From positions 126,511-190,510 of the forward strand of contig JBEKYR010000006.1 in NCBI GenBank assembly GCA_049510745.1: DNA of 64,000 bases. Reading direction: 5' to 3'. Below the pieces are notes generated by a model. That model was not told the origin of the DNA, ran no database searches, and was given only the letters and a program-made list of their open reading frames with translations. Of this stretch, positions 56,946 to 64,000 are shown piece after piece; positions within the stretch are counted from its first letter, which is position 1; each line of letters begins with the position of its first letter. Source of the DNA: Verrucomicrobiota bacterium (GTDB taxonomy: Bacteria > Verrucomicrobiota > Verrucomicrobiia > Limisphaerales > Palsa-1400). The position numbers were made by a program, and so were the translations under genes.

Positions 56946-57752
56946 ATGTTAGTCCGATGCTCCTGCGAACATTGTGCGGAAAGAATCGAATTTGAAGCGG
57001 ACGACCTTACGGAAGAAAACTGCATTGTGGCGTGTCCACATTGCGGACTCGATACCAAACTTGCTATTGATAGGGAAGGGCCTCTTCCAATTCCTGAGGA
57101 CGCTGGTGGCAAAGTGTTCAACGACCTCGGTGAAGAACTCGAATTCCTTGAATCCCTGAAGGCTAAGCCTCCCGCTGAAGCAATGGCCGCTTATCGCGCT
57201 TACTCGAAGGCGAACAAAGGAACATGGGAATGCCGACAAAAGGAAATGCACGACATGGTTACCAGATTAACCGCTAGCGTGAGAAAGGATGAAACAACCG
57301 CAAAAATCCGCTGGCGCAACGACGAAATGGAACTGGACAGTGATAGAATCATCATCCGCCGGCGGGGGATGGCAAACGCCCTCGCAGTCGGACTCAACGG
57401 AGAACGAACAATCCTCATTTCGACTTTGACCGCTATTCAAATGAAACCCGCTGGATTGTTCTCACCCGGCTACATCCTGTTTTCGTACGCTGGAAGCAAG
57501 CCGTTTCTAGGTGGTGTAATCGAAGCCACACAAGACCCTGATGCGTTCATTTTTGACCCGGCATCAAACGACCAAGTTGCGGCCTTCAAGGCCAAGGTCG
57601 AAAAAATTATGCGCGATTCAAGACAATCCGCCACAGCCTCAAATTCTCCAGCCACCCTGGGGGATGAGCTTCGGAAGCTCGCCGAACTTAAACAACAGGG
57701 CATCCTGTCACAGGAAGAGTTCGACATGGCGAAGAAAAAGTTGCTCGCTTAA
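56946..57752 (+). CDS. Zn-ribbon + PH-like (DUF4429-like) + SHOCT domain protein
   Basis: CEHC...CPHCG; DELRKLAELKQQGILSQEEFDMAKKKLL. Confidence 0.75.
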   Translation: MLVRCSCEHCAERIEFEADDLTEENCIVACPHCGLDTKLAIDREGPLPIPEDAGGKVFNDLGEELEFLESLKAKPPAEAMAAYRAYSKANKGTWECRQKEMHDMVTRLTASVRKDETTAKIRWRNDEMELDSDRIIIRRRGMANALAVGLNGERTILISTLTAIQMKPAGLFSPGYILFSYAGSKPFLGGVIEATQDPDAFIFDPASNDQVAAFKAKVEKIMRDSRQSATASNSPATLGDELRKLAELKQQGILSQEEFDMAKKKLLA

Positions 57753-58051
57753 AGCCGCCTGTGGAATTTCGGACGTGCGAGGCGCAACCTTCGGTTAATC
57801 TGCGAGGAAGCCTTTAAATCCCGGGGCGCGCGCTGTAAAAGCCCAGCACCGAATCTTCGCAAACGCTGGGCCTCCACGATCATCGCAGCCTCGCTCGGCG
57901 GTCCAGATGGTAACATTTCTTTGCTCATACATATTGCGCCGAGTCAACTCTGAGCGTCGCAGCAAGTAGAAAAACACCTTGGAAAAGCCGCAGGAAGACC
58001 AATCCAAAAACAAGTCGAAAGTAGGTCCCTACGTAGGCTCTACAGAAGCTT

Positions 58052-58546
58052 TCAGCGGAATCGTTTCAACGATTGCATCGCAAGCTTGCGCACCTCTTCG
58101 ACCCATTGCGTGTCGGAAAGAAGAGCCTCAAGCTCCTCCCTGGTGCGGTTTTCGAGCGGCTTTAATCGGATGCACTTCTGCAAATCCTGCTTGAGCCGCA
58201 CGACCCGACACAGAAAAACGGTGAACTTACCTAGCGGTGGCGGCTTGCTCTCCTTTTTCTCCCGGATGCGTTCTTTCATTTTCTCCCGCTCGAATTCTCT
58301 ATCCTTCCTCAGCCGACACTTGATCTGTTCAATTCTCTCAAGATATTTGCCTTCCCAAGAGTGCTCGTCTTTTCTAGCAAATGATTCGTTCATTTCGGCG
58401 ATCGATGCTTTTATCTGATCGTTTGGAGCCGGTCCCAGGTAAAGACGATAACGCGTGCGTGGTCTTCCTGTGTTGTCGCGGTAGCTTGAAACCAAGTACC
58501 AGCGCCGTTTGCCCTTCACCATTTTGGCCTGCGCTCGAATCTTCAT
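58052..58546 (-). CDS. Basic hypothetical protein, N-terminus resembling IS1634-type DNA-binding domains
   Basis: WYLVSSYRDNTGRPRTRYRLYLG; no DDE domain. Confidence 0.5.
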   Translation of the reverse strand: MKIRAQAKMVKGKRRWYLVSSYRDNTGRPRTRYRLYLGPAPNDQIKASIAEMNESFARKDEHSWEGKYLERIEQIKCRLRKDREFEREKMKERIREKKESKPPPLGKFTVFLCRVVRLKQDLQKCIRLKPLENRTREELEALLSDTQWVEEVRKLAMQSLKRFR

Positions 58547-58898
58547 CTCAACCTGTCCTTAATATTCAACCGTCACTTCGTTTATTGCAATGCCCGAATA
58601 ACATCGCACCCCCGCCACCCAATCCTAGAAGTTATCCCCACTCCGGGGCGAGCAACGCAAGGGAGGCGTCATCCGGCGTCCATCCTCCAATTTGATCCGG
58701 GCAGAGTTCATCGTCAAGCGAGCCACCCATACCCTCCGGCTGACGCCGGGGGGGTGGCGGAACCCCTTTGCATGAGTTTCACAGGTGGCAGAAATGCCGC
58801 CTTGTCCGCCATGGCATTTTGCGACGGCGGAAGCCTTGGCAGCGTTCAATCACCCTTCCCTTGAGTCTATGGCCCCGTTTGAGGCTGGCTTTAGCAGG

Positions 58899-59138
58899 TC
58901 AGTCCTGGCGCGGTGGTTTGTCGTTGAGCACCATCGGTGATGCTTGGGCGCGCTGGCGTTCCTTCTCGGCCACGAGTTGGCGCAACTCTTCGGCATTGCG
59001 AATGACGCGACCGGTCTGCGGATGGGCCTTTTCCCACTGCCGCAGGTTTTCAACAAAGCGGTCCACGTCATATCCGGCCTCGCGAGCCAGTTTGTCTTTG
59101 ACCGCCCACAGCTCTTCCAGAATCGGATCAGGTTTCAT
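58899..59138 (-). CDS. Small DPILEE-type protein (putative partner of a PIN toxin)
   Basis: MKPDPILEELWAVKDKLAREAGYD; paralog at 59950-60123. Confidence 0.65.
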   Translation of the reverse strand: MKPDPILEELWAVKDKLAREAGYDVDRFVENLRQWEKAHPQTGRVIRNAEELRQLVAEKERQRAQASPMVLNDKPPRQD

Positions 59139-59218
59139 ACGATGAATCTCCCATCAGTTCCACCGGAGTGCAAACCTTCGGCAATTTCCAGCCCAGGCGC
59201 CGGGCCTCTGGTTCCATT

Positions 59219-59260
59219 GTTGAAAGGGTCGTTGAAAGGGTCGGGCCTGGAAAATTGGCG
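59219..59260 (+). repeat. RAYT-type end repeat C with 12-bp stutter
   Basis: gttgaaagggtc x2, then gggcctggaaaattggcg. Confidence 0.6.
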
Positions 59261-59769
59261 TCCATTCATTTCGTGGCGGAAAACCAGCGGGCGGCCGGCG
59301 GGAAAATCAAAAATACAATCTTTTTGCCCACTTTCTTTGCCATCTCTTTCCCGGTCTCGCGCGGGCTGCCCGGCACGGATACAGACGCCGATGGAAATTC
59401 ATAACTCCTTGCGGCTTTGCGCCTTACGCCCTTTGCGTTTCGTCGGTCTTGCTTTTCGCGCCACTTCCGCTCCCGCTTTTCGTGTTTGGTTTTCGTGGCA
59501 ATCCTCCCCCTCCATTGCCTCACTCACTGATTCACCCTGTCCGCCGAAGCCTCGGCAAAGGCGGATGAATCAAACTTCACAATTTTTCGACAAAAGCCCT
59601 TGCATATTCCATATAAAAATGGTAATACCTCATTCGATGAAACTAAGAATCATCACGTTGGGGAGGGCGCGGTTCGGCTCCAGCCGGTCCGCTGGCAACT
59701 CGTCGGCCTGCATCCGGGCCGGCGTTCCACCGGCAGATTTTGCCGGTCCGGCCCCTCCGGCAGATTTCG

Positions 59770-59835
59770 GTCAAGCCAAATCAAGCCAAAAATCAAACCA
59801 AATCAAAGTAAATCAGACTAAATCAAACCAAAACA
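59770..59835 (+). repeat. 10-bp periodic TCAAACCAAA-like tandem repeat
   Basis: Six degenerate units followed by G-tracts. Confidence 0.8.
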
Positions 59836-59949
59836 GAAGGGGGGGGAGGGGGGGCATCCACTAGTCGCCGATGGCTAAATTTGACCACATCCGACCGCAT
59901 CGCAGTGGCAAACCGAAAAACTCACTAAAATCTTTCGAGGCCGTTTGAC

Positions 59950-60123
59950 TTAATTTGAGTTGATTTGACCAAAAACGAAACTCTCCGCGTCACCGCCAAT
60001 CGTAAGGAATGCTTTTCTCATCTCGTCCAGCTTGGCGAAATAAGCGTCCGGATCAGCAGCCATTTCGCGCGACAATTTGTCTTTTATGCGCCAGACCTCC
60101 TCGAGAATGGGATCGACTTTCAT
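59950..60123 (-). CDS. Small DPILEE-type protein (57 aa)
   Basis: MKVDPILEEVWRIKDKLSREMAAD; 3 nt downstream of the PIN fragment; not in the ORF track. Confidence 0.6.
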   Translation of the reverse strand: MKVDPILEEVWRIKDKLSREMAADPDAYFAKLDEMRKAFLTIGGDAESFVFGQINSN

Positions 60124-60126
60124 GGT

Positions 60127-60234
60127 TTATATTCCCATAAGTTCTTCCGGGGTGCAAACACGCGGCAGTTGCAAGCCGCGCTCTTTTAACAATTTCTCCA
60201 GTCGGCGCAAAACCACCGCGTTGGCCAGATGCCG
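60127..60234 (-). pseudogene. C-terminal fragment of a PIN/VapC-like toxin
   Basis: RHLANAVVLRRLEKLLKERGLQLPRVCTPEELMGI*. Confidence 0.65.
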
Positions 60235-60254
60235 GTAATAATGGAAACCGAATT

Positions 60255-60291
60255 TCAAACTTTAAACCTTAAACTTTAAACCTTAGACTTT
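60255..60291 (+). repeat. 7-bp tandem repeat (TTAAACY) directly upstream of aroC
   Basis: tcaaact ttaaacc ttaaact ttaaacc ttagact. Confidence 0.75.
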
Positions 60292-60297
60292 TCCCCG

Positions 60298-61377
60298 ATG
60301 GGCAATTCATTTGGACATTTGTTTCGCATCACCACCTGGGGCGAATCCCACGGGGGAGGCGTCGGCGTGGTGATCGACGGCTGCCCGCCGCGCCTGGCCC
60401 TGACCGAGGCCGACATCCAGCCCGACTTGGACCGCCGCCGGCCGGGCCAGTCGTCCATCGTCAGCCCGCGCCAGGAGGCGGACCGGGTGCGGATTCTCTC
60501 CGGCACGTTCGAGGGCAAAACGCTGGGCACGCCGATTTCCGTGTGGGTGCAAAACGAAGACGCCCGCCCCGAAGCCTACAGCGAAATGGCGGAAAAATTC
60601 CGGCCCTCCCACGCCGACTACACCTACCAGGCCAAGTTCGGCATCCGCAATTGGCAGGGCGGCGGGCGCACCAGCGCGCGCGAAACCATCGGGCGCGTCG
60701 CCGCCGGCGCTGTCGCAAAGAAAATTCTGCGCGAACAATTCGGCGTCGCCATCCTGGCCTACGTCAAACAAGTCCAGCGCATCGCGGCGCGGGTGGATTT
60801 TGACCGCGTTACCTTCAAGGAGATTGAGAGCAACATCGTGCGCTGCCCGGACCCCGTGGCCGCGCAAAAGATGATCCGCCTGATCGAAAAGACGCGGCGG
60901 GCGGGCGACAGCGTGGGCGGGATTGTGGAATGCGCCGCGCGCGGCGTACCGCCGGGCTGGGGTGAACCGGTCTTTGACCGGCTGGAAGCGGACCTGGGCA
61001 AGGCGATGCTCAGCCTGCCCGCTTCCAAGGGGTTTGAAATCGGCTCCGGCTTTGGCGGCATCCTGCTGGGCGGCTTGCAACACAACGACGCCTTTCGCAT
61101 GAAGGGCGGCAAAGTGCGCACTGTCACGAATAATTCCGGCGGCATCCAGGGTGGCATTTCCAACGGGGAGACGATTTTTTTCCGGGTCGCCTTCAAACCG
61201 GTGGCCACCGTCATGCGCGAGCAGCAGACCGTCGATGTCCATTTCAAAAACACGACCCTCAAGGCCCGCGGCCGGCACGATCCCTGCGTGTTGCCGCGCG
61301 CGGTGCCGATGGTGGAGGCGATGGCCGCGCTGGTGCTGGTCGATCACGGCTTGCGCCAGCGCGCGCAATGCGGATGA
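60298..61377 (+). CDS. aroC: Chorismate synthase
   Basis: [38 protein letters not shown]. Confidence 0.98.
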   Translation: MGNSFGHLFRITTWGESHGGGVGVVIDGCPPRLALTEADIQPDLDRRRPGQSSIVSPRQEADRVRILSGTFEGKTLGTPISVWVQNEDARPEAYSEMAEKFRPSHADYTYQAKFGIRNWQGGGRTSARETIGRVAAGAVAKKILREQFGVAILAYVKQVQRIAARVDFDRVTFKEIESNIVRCPDPVAAQKMIRLIEKTRRAGDSVGGIVECAARGVPPGWGEPVFDRLEADLGKAMLSLPASKGFEIGSGFGGILLGGLQHNDAFRMKGGKVRTVTNNSGGIQGGISNGETIFFRVAFKPVATVMREQQTVDVHFKNTTLKARGRHDPCVLPRAVPMVEAMAALVLVDHGLRQRAQCG

Positions 61378-61390
61378 GGCCGTTTGCTTG

Positions 61391-62179
61391 TCAGGGAGCC
61401 GTTTTGGATGGCGCTTCCTGCACCGCGACCATCGGCCGGCGCAGGAGCTGGCCCTGGTAAGTGTAGCCGGTCGCCAGAGTGTCCGCCACGACCGCGTTTT
61501 CGGGCGGCGCGGAATCATCCTTGAGTCGATGCGCTTTCGGATCGAACGGCTCGCCCGCGGTCGCCATCGTGGGCGCCAATCCGACGCGCCGGGCGGCGTC
61601 GCGGCAACTGTTCTGAAAGAGGCCGATTTGTTCGATCAAACCCGGCTGACCCGAGCGTTGCGCCGCCTGAAAAAGCGCGAAGACATGGTCCAACATATGA
61701 ACCGTGACCTGCAGCCATTCCTGTTCCGCGCGGCGCAGTTTTTCCGTCTCCAGACGCAGGTGCGCCTTCTCGGTGTCATTAATTTTTTGCAGGAATTCGC
61801 CGAAGGCTTTGACTTCGGCGGCCATGGAGTCGGCCACCGCCTTGGCGCTGGCGGCGGTCAGGGCGGTTTGCTCCTGATACTCGCGCCATTGGGCCGTCGC
61901 GCCGGTGATGTGGGCGGCCAGGGGTTCGAGTTTTTGCAGTTGACTCATCGAATCGGCCAGCAGGCGCGCCTGGGCCAGGGATTGTTCCTCGCGATTGCGG
62001 CGCAGGAACGGGGTGACCATGCTCCAGGCCGCCCCGGCCACGCAGGCCACCATGAACAGGGCTTCCCACCACAGCAAGGGCCTGTGCCCCAGGCGCAACA
62101 GCAGGCCCGCCACCGCCAAAAACAGGGCGTCCGCCGCGAGAAACGGCCAGATCGGCAAACGGGAGTCGGCATCGCTCAT
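61391..62179 (-). CDS. Membrane-anchored GrpE-like protein
   Basis: Two N-terminal TM helices, coiled coil, GEPFDPKAH...GYTYQGQLLRRPMVAV. Confidence 0.7.
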   Translation of the reverse strand: MSDADSRLPIWPFLAADALFLAVAGLLLRLGHRPLLWWEALFMVACVAGAAWSMVTPFLRRNREEQSLAQARLLADSMSQLQKLEPLAAHITGATAQWREYQEQTALTAASAKAVADSMAAEVKAFGEFLQKINDTEKAHLRLETEKLRRAEQEWLQVTVHMLDHVFALFQAAQRSGQPGLIEQIGLFQNSCRDAARRVGLAPTMATAGEPFDPKAHRLKDDSAPPENAVVADTLATGYTYQGQLLRRPMVAVQEAPSKTAP

Positions 62180-62231
62180 TGGCGCCAGAGTACTTTCAAA
62201 ATCGAAACTGCAAAGCTCAAATTCCAGGCGG

Positions 62232-63815
62232 TCATTTTCTGCGGAAGACAAAAACGGAGGTCGCCGCATCCCGGTGTTTCGCGATGCCGTCCGGATCCCA
62301 GAAATAGGCGCTGTTGGTTTGGAACACCGCCGCCAGGCCGATCAACTCGTAGAATTGGCCCGGATACCGGTTGATCCAATCTATAAAAGGCTGCGCCTCC
62401 TTCGGCCACGGCATCCACGAGGTCCCCGCGTTGACCAAGACCAGGAAGCGCGGCTGGAGGGTTTCGACATCGTCCATGAATTCGCGCCGCATCTCCCGCG
62501 CGTAAGGTTGCGCCCGCGCCAAATCATACATGTAGAGGTAGCCGCTGGCGGAATGGCGGCGCGCGTAAAAATAAATCTCCGGTTCCGAGCCGATCACCGC
62601 AATCCGGTCCCGCGGCGCGGAATGGTCCCGGATATAATTTGCGACCTCCTGGCATTCGACAAACGCTTCCGCCGGATACATCGCCTTGCTCGCCCCGGCC
62701 ATCGGCAATTCAAACCAGACCGCCCGATTCTGCCAGGCCAGCCAGAGGCCGGCGGCCAGGAACAGCCCTGCTGGCGCCGCGCGCAGCCACGGCCTCCGCG
62801 TCCGGCCCAGATCATCCGCCAACCAGGCGGCGGCGTCCCCAATCAGGAGGCAGAGAACCGGCAGCATGAGGATGAAATAATGCCCGCGAAAATAGAGGCC
62901 CGCCGCCGTGGCGAAAAATGAGCAGAAAAAGAAGGCGGCGAAAAAGAACTTCCGTTCGGCCCCGGCCTTCCTCCAGAACAAACCGAGCAGGCCGAGCGCT
63001 CCTGTCAAGTAAAACCAGCGGTCGCCTCCGGCGGCAAAAAACGCCGCCAGCCGGTCCAGCCCCTCCGGCAGCGATTGCAGACCGCCATAGACCCGCGCGT
63101 ACGGCACCGTCCAAAACCAAAAGCGCGGAAAAGTTCCCGCCCACCACAGCGCCAGGCACGTCAGCGCCAGCGGCGCAACCATGCCCAGGGAGAGCCAGGA
63201 AATGTTCCGGGCGTACGACCGCCAGGGCACCGGCCGCGCCGCCAGCGCGTCCCGCAGGAGCAGGGCGAGGCCAAAGACTCCAAAAAAGAGTCCGGGTTGT
63301 TTGCACAGGAACGCCAGGCCAAAGAGCAGCCCGCTGAAAAACAGCGTCAGGGGTTTGCCGGTTTGCCGGGCGCGCAGCAGCAGCAACAAACCGCCCAGCG
63401 CGTTAATCACCACGAGGTGGGTCGCGTGCCCTTCCAGGCCCAGAACCGCCGGGCTGAGCGAGAGCAACACATAAGCCGCGCAACAGACCGGGACCGCCGC
63501 CGCGTCCAGCAACCGGCGGGCGAGCCGGAAGAGCAGCGCGAGCGTTCCCAAGTTGACCAGCAGAAAACCCAGATGAATGCCGGAGGGACTTTCGTCAAAC
63601 ACCGCCATGAGGAGCGCGTAGGCCGCGTAGGTTCCCGGCATCTTCATATTGAAGGCCAATTTGTAGGGGGGGATACCTTGCAGGATCAATTGGCCGGCGT
63701 AGGCAAACTCCCCTTCGTCGCGTTCCAACGGCAGCGCCAGCAAGCGGAGGCGGACGGCCACCGCCAGCAAAACAAGCAGGATCAAACCCGCGTACCAGGC
63801 ATTGCGCGACTTCAC
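62232..63815 (-). CDS. GT-C (ArnT/PMT_2, GT39/83-like) membrane glycosyltransferase
   Basis: LERDEGEFAY, KMPGTY, AFLCKQPG, YFRGHYF; many TM helices. Confidence 0.8.
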   Translation of the reverse strand: MKSRNAWYAGLILLVLLAVAVRLRLLALPLERDEGEFAYAGQLILQGIPPYKLAFNMKMPGTYAAYALLMAVFDESPSGIHLGFLLVNLGTLALLFRLARRLLDAAAVPVCCAAYVLLSLSPAVLGLEGHATHLVVINALGGLLLLLRARQTGKPLTLFFSGLLFGLAFLCKQPGLFFGVFGLALLLRDALAARPVPWRSYARNISWLSLGMVAPLALTCLALWWAGTFPRFWFWTVPYARVYGGLQSLPEGLDRLAAFFAAGGDRWFYLTGALGLLGLFWRKAGAERKFFFAAFFFCSFFATAAGLYFRGHYFILMLPVLCLLIGDAAAWLADDLGRTRRPWLRAAPAGLFLAAGLWLAWQNRAVWFELPMAGASKAMYPAEAFVECQEVANYIRDHSAPRDRIAVIGSEPEIYFYARRHSASGYLYMYDLARAQPYAREMRREFMDDVETLQPRFLVLVNAGTSWMPWPKEAQPFIDWINRYPGQFYELIGLAAVFQTNSAYFWDPDGIAKHRDAATSVFVFRRK

Positions 63816-64000
63816 AGAGAAGAGTCTGGGGGAACGTATAACAGTTGGCCTGCGCCCCGTCAAACCAGAGGGGGGAGAGCATCGATTTCGCAAGGTGGTC
63901 GGGATTTCTGGTTGGAGCAGACATCCGATTTTTTGGCCGGGCGGCAGCGCTGCGTCTGGCGTTCCGGCCTCCTTGGGTTTAGGACAAAGCATCGCTTTAA

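Noticed and set aside
58944..59864. 306-aa plus-strand ORF
   Set aside because: It is stitched from antisense, palindromic and 10-bp repeat sequence with no protein-like composition.

Overview
GC-rich bacterial chromosome window. Gene content (H-X9-DG prepilin-like protein, RHS style, dnaB-bamA-skp) suggests Verrucomicrobiota (inference). Core genes are glgP, gatB, dnaB-bamA-skp-clpB, imuA-imuB-dnaE2, aroC and tRNA-Gly(GCC). Five accessory regions lie between them. (1) 3.8-6.7 kb: a HUH/Y1 RAYT-like transposase inside nested 27-bp inverted ends with stuttered flanks, plus a truncated IS481 and shuffled RHS fragments. (2) 10.85-23.2 kb: an island where five upstream regions share an 11-bp-phased operator (TTAA-N7-TTCA-N7-TTAATGT), covering pilT, two paralogous small Cys4 proteins, a CBM48 protein and an OmpR TCS with an RND pump. 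(3) A tRNA-Gly islet carrying a membrane patatin. (4) 48.8-50.8 kb: two tandem copies of an integrase-less attI-like/GxxExxY unit, each followed by a different integron-type cassette. (5) A repeat-rich, low-GC patch at 56.2-60.3 kb. No CRISPR array or rRNA was seen. All family calls come from motif recognition by eye; no database search was run.
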